Made by a program: the position numbers and the translations under genes. A stretch of DNA of 64,000 nucleotides from Perna viridis (lineage: Eukaryota). Of the stretch, positions 23,349 to 35,950 are shown piece after piece. The stretch's first letter is position 1; each line of letters opens with the position of its first letter. The notes beneath the pieces were generated by a model. That model was not told the origin of the DNA and searched no databases. It saw only the letters and a list, made by a program, of their open reading frames with translations. Location of the stretch: NCBI GenBank assembly GCA_037379345.1, contig CM074515.1:20770001-20834000 (forward strand), read 5' to 3'.

Positions 23349-24811
23349 CGGTGCGCCGAATGGGTCTCTTGTGGTTTTGTACTCAAAATTCAATTTTATA
23401 CAGACAAAAGTGAATTTTGTTCAACAAAAATAAATTCTAGTTAACAACATTTATAACATACTACAAATTTTCAATTCTGTGTCACAAAATTGACTTTAGT
23501 GAGTCAATTGAAAATTCAATTTTGTGTCATAAAAATCAATTTTGTGTGACAAAATCGAATTTTTCACAAAAGACAATTTTGTGAGACAAAATTGAATTTT
23601 GTCTCAGAAGTCTATTTTGTATGCAAATTAGTTTACAGAACCATTTGGATATGCAAATAAATTCTATCATCACGATTTTGTAAGGTTTTTCATTGGATAT
23701 CATATAGTAACAGGTTTCCGATTACTTCGAGCAACGCAGGACGGTTATGGTCGTTTTTAAGTGAAATAAAAAAAATCTTTTAAGTTGCATTCTACAGTAA
23801 AACTGTTTTGAAATTACTAAATTTGCTATTATACGTTTTTTATGAGATTTGTTTGATAAAACAGGTTTTGAAATACGCGATTTTTCAACTTTCGATTTAT
23901 TGGGATTTTCCTTGGTGAATTATGTGATCATTTCCTGAAATCTTTCAACTCAACTATAAAATGCTTTGGCCCGACCTGTTAATCGCAACCAAATTTGTTA
24001 ACACTTTACAGGATAATTTGTATTAATGTATTTGTCCCAAATTTTGTTGGAAAAAATTAGCCAAGAAAATCACATATGTTGTGCGGTGAAATTTGTTGAT
24101 CTGTCAAAGTCGGCTAAAGATTATTTTGTTCCACTATCCCTCAAGATTTTTTTGCCAGATGTAAATAGATTCCTTATTTCATTCTAATTCTATTGATGTA
24201 TGACGCAAGAAATTCGGTTGAGTGAAACAGGTCGGGCGAGATGAAAAACCGACATAGTACGTGTCTAACTTCCGTTTCCCTTTTGATTACAAATGCTCTA
24301 GATCTTTAGATTCAAGATTAAGTGACACAGTGGGTTATACGATTACGATATCCGTTATTTCTGTCACTTATGTGCTTTATTATAACCATCCACATTCGTA
24401 CCTTATCAACTGTATTGCAGTGAATGCTTTAAGTTTTTAATACACGTGTACATGATTCACATTTTGAATTCATTTGCATATCCAAAGGATTCTGCAAACT
24501 AATTTGCATACAAAATTGCCTTTTGTGACACAAAATCGGATTTTGTCTCACAGAATTGAATTTTGTGACACAGAACTGAATTTTGTGGCACAGAATTGAC
24601 TTTTGTGACACAGATTTGAATTTTGTCTCACAGAATAAAATTTTGTGGAACAGAAATGAATTTTATGACACAGAATTGAATTTGGATCACAGAATTGCAA
24701 AATTGATTTTGGTGACACAAAATAGACTAGTACTTCTGTCTCACAAAATTGATTTCTGTGACACAAAATTGATTTTGATTACAAAAAGATCAAGTCCCAT
24801 TCGGCGCCCCG
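23349..24811. mobile_element. Non-autonomous TIR element with TA TSD and ~20-bp subterminal tandem repeats
   Basis: TA|CGGTGCGCCGAATGGG ... CCCATTCGGCGCCCCG|TA; TTTTGTGACACAGAATTGAA-type repeats at 23390-23620 and 24510-24780; inverted arms of ~320 bp. Confidence 0.85.
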
Positions 24812-25905
24812 TAAATGGTCATTGTTAATTTACTGGTAAACCCACGTTTATTTTCTGCCCCTTTAAAACGTGTACACTACAATGTGTGTGACAATTAAAA
24901 GCCTAAAATAACTAGTTTTATTTATATAACAGATTCGGCTTTGTATATCGTAATGAAAGTTTAAAAGTGACTACGTGTGTATCCGGTCAAAAATGAGGGT
25001 TGAGTATGAAAGTCCGTGGCACAAGACTGGAAAACAGAGGTATCAGGCGTTATGAGCAGGGAGAAAGTCATTTTGATAACATGGTAAGTTTCTTAAAGAG
25101 TACACAAATGTATTCCATTAGAAATTGAACACTGACCACATAGCGATGATAGCTTATTTAGGAGAGCATACGAAATAAACCTTTTCATGTTATTTTAGTC
25201 ATATTTCCTAACATCAAATTTGATGGATCAGCTGTTGTTCTTACCATTAAACGACCAAATCGTGGTACCAGTAAAGGGTCCAATGCAGTTTACGCCCTTC
25301 TAGAAACAAAAAAAAACAGTACCGAACGTAGCAAGTGTCATTTTTTACTATTGTTTTCTTGCAATTGCAGTTTATCTAATTATTTCCGGAAACATCCCTG
25401 TTTATATCTTAATACAATCATTAAATGGTCCGCCCTAGCTGAAGTCTTAACAAATGGCTTACACAAACGTCTACATTTTTTACTACTGGTGTTTCAGAGT
25501 GGAGAAAAAAAGTAAAATATCATTCTTATTCAGATTTTTTTTCTTAACATTTACAACATAACATAGAAATTTCAGTGGCTTAGCACACAATGAAACTTTA
25601 AAGTAAAAATATTGTTTTCCAGTGTCAAAGTAATGAAAACCGGAAACTGACTTTTCCGCTTAAATGTATTCAAAACCTACAAGTAAGCTAAACGAAAAGA
25701 AGTTTCATCATAGGTCCATAAAGTTTAAAACCTGTTCCAGGGTACTTTCTATATTACTCAGCGTAAAATTGCAGAAGAACTAGTGCTTGCTATTTTTAGC
25801 AGGGTGCACAACTTATTTTTTAGAAGTTTTAAAACAATACAACTCCGTGTCAATAAAAAGTATATTTTGGAAGTTTAGAAAATTATGTTGAAACAAACAA
25901 CAAAA

Positions 25906-26681
25906 AACTAGAGGCCCTGTTTGTCACAGGAGCCCCGCGTCATTAGTGATTTTTTTGTAATTCAAATGTGTCTGTAGTAAGACACTGATGAAGCCTTCCA
26001 TAGATTTGCCAAATTAAGAACATGTTTATTTTTGTATGAAGGCATGGTTTGCAAATTCAGAAAGGTTATATACTGTTGGTTGATGCAGTAAATATTTGGT
26101 ATGTTCGGTTAGGCACTGCACAAATACTTGCGATGAGAAAAATAGGACTGATGGACGGACTGACGGACACATGAAAATTGACAATACCCCCAATAATAAA
26201 TCCCTGACTTTGTTGCTTGGGGTATATTTCTGACAAAACTTACTAAGTCCAACTATCACTCAGTTCTGTAATATTCCACAAAAATCAAGATCCTATGAGC
26301 TTGCACACCATCATTATGTGTAGAAACACCCAGCAAAAATATTTTAGATGTAGTTCAAAAACTACAGGAGGAGATAGCAGGACAAGCCATATAGCTCTAT
26401 TTCTGATCAAAATGATTAAGTCGAAATATCACCAATTTTCGTAATTTTCATGAAAATGAAACTCCTTTGACCTTGCACATCTTCATCATGTGTAGAAATA
26501 TCCTATAATATATTTTAAATGTAGCATAAAAATTGTACGAGGAGATAGCAGGACAAGTCAGGATCCATATATTTCTGAGTAAAATGACTAAGTGTAAACT
26601 ATCACTAATTTCCGTAATATTTCACGAAAATCAAAATCCTATGGCCCTGAACACCTTCATCATGTGTAGAAATATCCTATA
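25906..26681 (-). mobile_element. HINE-like element(s) with ~173-bp tandem repeats
   Basis: AACTAGAGGCCCTG terminus, GACTGATGGACGGACTGACGGAC microsatellite, and a TGTAGAAA-containing unit at 26321, 26493 and 26667. Confidence 0.65.
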
Positions 26682-27699
26682 AGGACAGTCTCTTACAGGG
26701 ATAGACTGACCAGTGTTATCCCTAGCCTACAACGCCACACTACTACGCGTGTGCTCCATATCGGTTAGATTGAGACATTTACGCCAGTCCGTCTGATTTT
26801 GGTTTCTATTCCATGTAGTATGTCTGTTAGTTAATAACGAACAGTAAATGTTTGAGGCAGAGCATAGCCTTTCGAGTACTAGTGACTGGGCTGTAGTGTT
26901 GATGCTCTGGCCTATTCGCAGTCCCCAAGTGTGTATCAATCTGGAATTAGAACTCTTACTGTCTTGGAAGTATGTCAGTTGAAGAGTATTGACTTGAAAC
27001 CGTCTCCGAAAGATTTATAAAACTCAATCTGAAAGACCAAATTACATATATGTAGCAGGTTATTAGTAACACTAGTTTAAAATACATCTTTTAAAGGAAA
27101 AGACCACCTTTGCATTAAGTCAGGCTGTTATGATAAATCATACCCACGTAAACAAAAATAAAAAACCTTTAATGCAAAATGCTCTTTTATAAAATGCTCA
27201 AGGTGCGGGAAATTCAAATTTCCTAATGATAAATCTCGATTAATTAATTAAGAAAAGGAAATTATTTTGTTTCAATTTAATTTTCATGAATATTTAACAG
27301 ATTAGTTTCGATATTTATGACTTGCACAATAACATGGTCTTCCCCTTTAATAAAGAAAGGAAAATAAAAAGGATATTAGATTCACAACATAATTGAATTT
27401 AAAAGGGATGTAATGAACATATTCATAAGTATATCTGTATCACAATTGTTTTTGGAACTGTAAATGATATAAATGATAATTTTAGGGTGATCTGTGTGAA
27501 AATGAATCTTTAGGTGACGAGTTTTGCAGCTTTTACCACAGAGAAAGAAAAATAATACTTCCTGTAAATATTTATACCAATCTTAACACCGATAAATTTC
27601 ATAATCTGTTTAATACATAATATTAATTAATAATCTAATGTTGAAAGCATCTATTTTTGTTAGTTGTAAACTGAAATGATATCTTTGCGTGTCAGCCTA

Positions 27700-27702
<3 letters not shown>

Positions 27703-27737
<35 letters not shown>
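27703..27737. repeat. (TA)n microsatellite
   Basis: Direct reading. Confidence 0.95.
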
Positions 27738-27738
<1 letters not shown>

Positions 27739-28569
27739 CGTCTCAGAATGTGACGACTCTATTCACTACACTGCTCCATCGGATCAAATTGATACAGGGA
27801 AGATAACGTAAACTCATAGAAGGGTCTGAAAAATTCCCAACGATGTTAGAACCGTCAAATTTGCGAAGCTAATTTTTGTCGTTCCCTCCGCGGGACTCGA
27901 ACTCGTACCGCTGTGACATCCATGGCAACACCGCCTGCACTAAATCCAGCGCCCTAGGCCACTCGGCCAGCTAGGCTATATAAAAATATAGCTTTCGCTG
28001 GCCGGGCGGAGGGAACGACAAAAATTAGCTTCGCAAATTTGACAGTTCTAACATCGTTGGGAATTTTTAAGACCCTTCTATAAGTTTACGTTATCTTCCC
28101 TGTATCAATTTGATCCGATGGAGCAGTGTAGTGAATAGAGTCGTCACATTCTGAGACATTTGTATAATATAGATTTGTTGTGACATGCATCATTAATTTG
28201 ATCCTCTATCCTACATAATAACATCTAAATGAACTGTCCCGTACTACCATACATCGTGTACTAAGTTACAGCCCTAGATTAATCCTACGAGGAGGAATCA
28301 CCCGGCCAGCGAAAGCTATATTTTTATATAGCCTAGCTGGCCGAGTGGTCTACAGCGCTGGACTTTGTGCAGGCGGTGTTGCCATAGATGTCACAGCGGT
28401 ACGAGTTCGAGTCCCGCGGAGGGAACGACCATAAATTTGCATCGCAAATTTGACAGTTCTAACATCGTTAGGAATTTTTCAGACCTTTCTTTATGTTTAC
28501 ATATCTTCCCTGTATCAATTTGATCCGATGGAGCAGTGTAGTGAATAGAGTCGTCACATTCTGAGACGT
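27738..28569 (+). mobile_element. tRNA-containing retroelement in inverted plus tandem configuration, inserted in (TA)n
   Basis: Inverted copy 27738-28006, partial forward copy 28007-28158, fuller forward copy 28159-28569. All three share the 3' end GTCACATTCTGAGAC; TA repeats flank both sides. Confidence 0.85.
28331..28425 (+). pseudogene. tRNA-derived segment (Pol III A and B boxes) within the element; not a functional tRNA
   Basis: A box TGGCCGAGTGG, B box GAGTTCGAGTCC (28403-28414); enlarged middle region and no clean acceptor stem; repeated at 27885-27977 (-) and ~52430-52520 (-). Confidence 0.7.
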
Positions 28570-29470
28570 ATATATATACACATTACATAACATTTCCTCA
28601 CTCATCTTGACATGTACATGTATACAGTCATGTGTATGTTTTTTGTTTGTTGCTTCACTTTACAGTTTTTGTTATTTTATTACCCGTGTACAATTGTTTT
28701 CACATTCCGTGCTTAAGGGTCTTTGAGAAAAAAATCTCAGCTTCAAACTTTCACTGAATTTCAAAACTTCTATTTTTCGTCCAGTATTGAACCAAATACT
28801 ATTGTTTCCTGGAAATCCTTGATAAGTGTGCTATAGACTTACTAGTCTTAAATATCTTGTACACTTTCCTGAAAGTCGATCACTTGGCTCTTGTGCTTTA
28901 GCGTATGACTATGGATAAAAAAAAGTTTAAAGAAAGTGGTTAGAACGACAATTTATGGCAATTTTCGTGATTTTATCCGTCCAATTCTTGAGACCGTCAG
29001 TGGCTTGTTACATCGTCCTTCAATTCAATACACCAATCTTGGCTGTTTTCATCGAGACCAGTAACCAAGTTAAACAGTTCCTGCATGTATTTAAAATCCC
29101 TTTATACATGTAGATGGGCTTCCTGTTTGTAATTCCAATGTACAGTCTAAAAGAATCCTGCTGAATATTAATTTTATGTATTGATATTTCCACAAGATAG
29201 CATTAGCTTCATGCTTAAACCAGGTTTGATCAACCATGACTTCTTATTTCAGATTACGAATCTTGATCTACATTTATTCGTGCCTGATTTTACCATGTAT
29301 AAAAAGATATAACTTTCTCAAACCATTGACATTCTTTGAACTTTCAATCAACTTGTTGAAATTTGAGCTGAGGAATTATTCAAAGAAAGACAACACCTTT
29401 TTTTTATCATTACTGGTATTGCTTTTTTTAAAACAGTACGCCGATTGCTGTGTTCTCTTCTAGATAGATG

Positions 29471-30590
29471 CCCAGACAGCATTCCTACGTTGGGCCAACG
29501 TTGGTTCAACGGAGTCAATTACGTTGGGCCAACGTAGGGTACCCAATGTTGGCCCAACGTTGTAAGTACAAAGAGAGCCCACGTTGGGCCAACGGAGGCA
29601 AACAATAGTTGGACCAACGTTGGCTCAAAGTAATGCCAACACTGACCCAAGAATCGCCAATGTTGGCCCAACATAAGCCCAACGTTCACCCAACCATGAG
29701 GCCAGACGATTGTATTCCTTAAGATATTAGAACATAATTCTACTATATTTTTTGGTCATGCCGCAGAGTGCTGGTGCTGTGCACTCCTACAGAGTAAGGA
29801 CCCCCATTTCCCCTCAGTTTATCATATAAATTCTTTACAATAAGAATATACCAATGACAAGCTGTTGGTAGTTTACGAGATTAAAACAAGAAAATGTATT
29901 ATAAAATTAGCAGATACTATGGGCATTGGTGTACTAATTATTGAAAATTTGCAATTTTTTTGCATTGAATAGACATATCATACCTGTCAATGTTTTGTGT
30001 TTAGGATGAATTTACATTGAAAATATGTATACATTTGTTTAAAATGAGAGACAACTTTTGTTTTGAGAAGGTGTATTGTGGTCTCAGTTACAAAGTTGCA
30101 TTAGGGGAGATAATCATGTACACTGTTGTTATCATAAATTAGATTTGATTGTTCATAATCATTATTGTGAGTTATTAAGTTCTAAATATTAAACGCGAAT
30201 ACTTGTTGCATTTATATTAAACATACAGTTAACAGAATTCGAGAAAAGAGCCAACAATACTTTTTTGAAAGAAGTAAAATTATATTAATAAATATATATA
30301 GTTTGGTTTTTTAACGTTGGGCCAATGTTGGCCCAACTTAGTATCGCAGATAAGATGCAACACAATATTTGCTTTCATACATCCTGATTTGCTTTCTAGT
30401 TTTACTTTCGTGTCGTGTTTAATCATTTTGTTATCAATTAAAAACCATTTTGGTTAAAAATAAATCAAGAAGAAACATTTCCATAACTACGGACTACTAC
30501 ATTAGGCCAACGTTGTCTTGCCAAAGCCAACTAAAAGCCAACGATCCAACCATCAGCCAACGTTGGCCCAACGGAGGCATGCTGTATGGG
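29471..30590. mobile_element. Non-autonomous EnSpm/CMC-like element with 2-bp TSD (TG) and AACGTTGGCCCAACGTT subterminal repeats
   Basis: TG|CCCAGACAGCAT ... ATGCTGTATGGG|TG; multiple CCAACGTTGG palindromes at both ends. Confidence 0.85.
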
Positions 30591-33500
30591 TGTATTGTGC
30601 AAGATTTTCAATCGATGTTTTGTGTGGGAAAATGTGGCCTTTTCTGCTTCAAGAAATGTATACAAGACCATACAATATTTCAATATACAGTTCTTATTCA
30701 TAATTTTGTTTGTGACATGAAATTCGATTTTGTTTGGCAACTGAAAACGTTGATTGATAAACAGTTAAGATTCATAGCTTTAAACCATATGTCACCCAAT
30801 CAAATCTTCTATATCAATACTCATATTATATTATTACTGACAATAAACAACGATTAAGTTATTGTGAACCGTAGAACTGGAAGATTGACATTATAATCTA
30901 GATTCCGATGTCTATTAGTTTTTTAAGCCTAATTTGCAGTCTATAAAACGCCATGCGTACTATGCTATTTACATTCTAGGGTAATTAAATTACACAGATA
31001 TAATAGCTAATATAGCTATACAGATATGTATATAATCTTTTTAAAAAACATTCTGATAATTTTTATATGTTTGAAGGTCCAACATTTTCTACACGTAAGA
31101 AATTCACTTGAGTCTTATCTTCCCATAAACCCAATGATAAAATCTTTTTAAAAAGAGATGTAGGAAAAAAAGATAGACTAAGTGCATCGATAGAAAGAAA
31201 ATACATAATAAATTGTAACACATTAAAACTCAAAGCTCTTATGAATATACCAAAAAGTCTGACTTAAAACAACGTTGTAGATAAATAATGATTGTAAATG
31301 AATAATCCGAATTTCCTCTGACCCTGCAACCCTCCTCTTTTTTATTTGGATATTGATATGTCGGGTTGGGGTCAGAATGATGTGCCATACACAAAGTTGG
31401 AGATTTAGCGGTACCGCGGAGTATCGCCCCTCAACTGCTTGTAACGACTTTAAAGTTGAAATTGTGCACGTCACACCTACCTAGTTCGATTCCGGAATCA
31501 TTTTCCTGTATGCTGATTCCAAATTTGCTACAAAAATTACATTTATTATTGAAGTTTCGATAATTTTCCACCAGGGTTGCTATAAATTCCTCACATATTG
31601 TATTTCATTTTACATATTTGCATTGTGTTTGTTCTCGTTATATATAGTTATATAATTGTATTGTCATCTCAATAGTACATGCACCAATTTTGGTTTACCT
31701 AAACTTCTGATATTAAATGATCTTTAAAGAACTGATGTCATTCCAACTCAAATGTTAAATGTGTGGATTAAATACATGTACTTACAAATTATGAGAATAA
31801 CATATATTGCAACCAATTAGTTTAGTAAGATAGGGCGTTACAATTTTCCATGCTAAATGTTCCGTAAAATGTTTGGCTTGTAGAAGCATGTTCACAACAA
31901 GTGTCTCGTGTTACATTCCCTGTTGTATCGAAATCCCTGTCTTCTTAAATGTCGATTTAACAAAAACAGTACCAAGTTTTACCTAAAATTTTGAATTTTC
32001 CCAGCTAAGACTAAACTTTAGAAGCGGTAAAACTTTATTCTGTATAACATTTATAGGATTTTGATTTCGTTTGACTATCGATTAAATAGGATCTATAATA
32101 TAACATTTGAATTTCCGTGCTGTTTCGAGGAGGTGAACATTTATAGTTGTTCCGGCTTCGCAATATATTATTTCATGAATTTTAAAAACATGTTAGGAAA
32201 TAAAACTGCATCCTGGCTTAAATTCGGTATTCCAGTATATTCATACTAACAAACTGTTTACGCATGAGACCCGTATTATGTATTTATAGACAAACTGTGC
32301 ACTGACTTGACATAAGACCGGTGTACGGACGAGGTATAGAACCTTAGAAGATTGCGAGGCTGATAGTGTTATATTCTGCCAGTGACCGTATCATTTTAAA
32401 TATAGTTTCAATGCAGATAAAACGATTATGGTATAAAAAGCCTTTCTCCTCAGCTTAGGTATTATCACTTACCACGAATGAAGACGTGACAATCTTGGTA
32501 TTCTCTGTCTACTCGTAATGACATCTTTGTCATAGGTAGGAAGGACTTAATGATATATACAGATAATTTATATTCAACCTCTGTCAGTAGTCACAGAGAC
32601 GTGTTTTAATTCTGGTTGTTTCTACTTCAAACAACTGGTAACGACAATAAGAAGCTTGCTCTCGATTAATATACGATATCAAATAACGTATTAGCTCGCC
32701 TACCTAACGGGTAATGTATGTGAGCTAGTACCAACACTTGGCGTCCGTCAACGTTGCCTGTTAAAAACTCTACAGACATCTTGCTAAAATACTTTTTTCT
32801 GACCTCAAATATTCATTTGGCGAAACGATTAGCTGCATATCAGAACCTCTGGTCCTCAAGAATTTCTAGATTAACAAGTTATGTTATTTCTTAAGATAGA
32901 GATATTTCCAACAAAAGACGAATGGAGGAGAGGTGTTCTTTTTCCCTTATATTTTTGTCGATGTGTCCATTTTTTTTTTTTAAATTAATGTTTATTTTTA
33001 TTTTATTAAACGATTGGTCAAAAAGTGATGAACAATATACCACATGCACATTTCATCGATACTGCAGTGAATTTAATTGAAATCTGACTCGTAAGATGAC
33101 GAATTTTAATCCGACTATAAGCGTTTTCGTCTTTAAGTTTCTGTTACTAGTAACTGTTGGTTAACATAACACGTTGTCACAGTTCAAGTCTGTCTTGCGC
33201 CCTGGAAAGTTATGTATTTCACATGCAACCCTTGTTTAGTGCTGACCCAGCAGTCCAGGTTCCTTCTTTCTATATGTAATTGTTTTATCTTCTAGCTAGG
33301 TTTGTGAATAATTTATTTCATCCAGTATGTGTTTCATGCGTTGTTCAAACTACAAGTACCATTTGGTTTCCCACGAGTCTTTACTGGTATTTATTACCAC
33401 GTACACAAGACATTTTAAGACGATTGCTTTACTAAGTACATCTAGAATAATAAGTACATCCATTCCGCATAATTACAAACATACCAATCATGGAACGTAC

Positions 33501-34197
33501 TTCCACAATAAAGTAAGTTTGGTAGGTGTCATATTTGATCACAGTAGAAGAAATCATACGCTTTGCAGAGCTTCATGGATGCATTCCAGGTAAGCTATTA
33601 CAGTTTTATTACTTCCTTAAAACGACATAAAACATACAAAAGCTGCGAGGGTAAAATATATTTAGGTGGCTCAATCTAAAGCGGCGTATGTGACTATTTA
33701 ATAGATAATTTACAATATGGCTTTATTGTCCACCCCATAAGTGACGGAGTTACACGTTATTGACAATGGTGCAATAAATCCTCTGAAAATGATGGGCGGA
33801 TTGTAACCACATTTGGTAGGATTTATTGCTATGAATGTAGATACCGCCTTATTTTTTCATTAATTTTTTTTGAGTTTTGCTCTATTTTTAGAGTAGAAAA
33901 GGAAAAAGACCTTGTTGACCCTTATCCTCAATGCTTCGAAGTTTAGATGTACATATATTTCTGATTTAAGCGTTCTTGTGTATTTTTTAGAACTCAAGGC
34001 ATAAAATAACTGAATATTAAAAATAATAAAATGGACAAAATCATGATGAAAAAATGAACCCAAACATATTGAATTAAGAAAAAAATAATTTGAGGCAGGT
34101 GTAACCTGTAAGAGGATGAAGTTGAATATAAAAGTATGTCTAGATCAATCTTCTGTCGCTATTTTCCACTCTAGTCGCTGTTGTAACTTCTTGACGC

Positions 34198-34258
34198 TTC
34201 TTGGCACCGGTATACTTTGGATTTCTTGGCACCGGTATACTTCGGACTTTTTGGCTTA
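34198..34258. repeat. Short ~26-bp tandem duplication
   Basis: TTCTTGGCACCGGTATACTT(T/C)GGA twice. Confidence 0.8.
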
Positions 34259-35399
34259 AGCTTAAGCCAGATAGACATTCCTTTTGCCATGTCGGAAACG
34301 AAAACAAGTATCTGAATTTAAATCATTGTTAAGACCATATAATAAACGCTATTTTAGTGAAGAAGATACGAAAATACCGAACTTTGTATGGGAAGCTCTG
34401 GAAGACGTGACTTCCTGTCAGATTGAAATCAAACTCTCTGTGCCTTCAAAATAAGACTTTATTTCGCATAAAATACCGTTATGAGGACCCCATTCTCTTT
34501 AAAATAACTAACATTTCTAACCAGAAAATTGAATTACGAATTATGAGAAATTGAAACTTTAACTGAAAACATTACCATTTTGGAAACAGTTTAGACGGGG
34601 TTGAGTTATTAAAGATTATTTTATGCCCAGTCATATTAAATATTTTCAGAGATAGTGATTCAATGTTTATTTCACATTGGAGTATTTCCCATTAGCTTAA
34701 TTTCATGGAACAAAGCCAATTTTGTTAGAGTTAGGTGAAACCAACCTACTTGAACAACACTTTTAAGATGGAAAAAAGTAGGTAATATGGCGAATTAAAT
34801 CTTATTTGCAGTCTTAGTCTATAAGTTAATTATTTCAACTATCCCTACGATGAAATTACAAATCCATTTTTCCCAGCGCAAAAATATTGCCATTTGAAAA
34901 AAAACTTATGGTTAAAATTAATTATATGATCAGAAAATAGCAAATACACTTGGTTTTTTAAAGAAATCTTTAAGCACTGTAGTTGAATTGATTAATCAAA
35001 TACTTCCAAAATCGGTTTTTGGATAATCAAATATTATTACTTTATAGCACTTTTACATCAATTAATTTTGTCCAAAGTAATACGGCGTTTTGGGGCTGTT
35101 TTGCCTGTCTTAATGATTCTACCCTCTTATTAAAAAAAATAACAATATGGATATGCAAGCAAGATATACAAAAAAGCTAAACTAATTGAAATAGTATTAC
35201 AATAAAGGCATATTTATCAAATACGTAATGGATACAAGACTATAAACAATCACTTTAAGAATATTTTTGTGTATAATTTGTGAAGTTCATGTTGTAAACC
35301 ATACACTTTAAAAAGCGAGTTATAACATTGAACGAAATTCAAATTCCGTAGTTCGGAAGACAAAATAGAGTGGTTCTGATTTATCGAATCGCATGCTTT

Positions 35400-35950
35400 T
35401 GTCTGCGCTTTGGATACATGTTAAGGTTACTATTTTCTGAACGCGAAGGTCTGGACGTTCTGTTTGATGTACATAAATCAGTTCCTGGAGTTGCATTGAA
35501 TACTGTACTGATAGCGATATTGTATCGATAACAGAAATGCTGTAATATATTTTTTACTTAGTCTTTCTTGTTCAGGTATAACGAGTCTTGCTGCTGTATT
35601 TTGAACAAACTTGAGTATTGCTTTTATACTTGTGTAAACACTGTATGAAAATGCATTGTCGCAGTCTAGTCTAGAAGCAACCAGTGAACACACCTATATT
35701 TTACATGTTTTTTTTTTGTTATATGTGGTCAAATACGTCATAAAATAACATATACCCTGATGTCCCATACCTAAGGTCTTGTAAAGAAGATTTTTTGGCA
35801 CATTGAACGCCTATAGGTTCAATTCCATAAGTCGATATTTCGGAGCGAAAACAATTTATAGCTTGATTGAGTTTGAGACTCATCCAGGCACTGATCATTT
35901 TATCAGAAAGCGGTGTTCCAATTCAGTTGATATCTACGACCAGATGTCCA
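35400..35950 (-). pseudogene. L2/CR1-group LINE RT C-terminal remnant
   Basis: VCSLVASRLDCDNAFSYSV...LKFVQNTAARLV resembles the L2-clade motif LV.SRLDY.N.LL.G...LQ.VQN.AARL. Confidence 0.7.

Noticed and set aside
24429-24828. Cys-rich overlapping ORFs
   Set aside because: Products of the 20-bp subterminal tandem repeats.
28283-28316. Hammerhead ribozyme (CGAAA motif)
   Set aside because: The required CTGANGA core is absent upstream.
28331-28425. Functional tRNA gene
   Set aside because: No proper acceptor stem or anticodon arm, and three copies are embedded in an identical repeat context.
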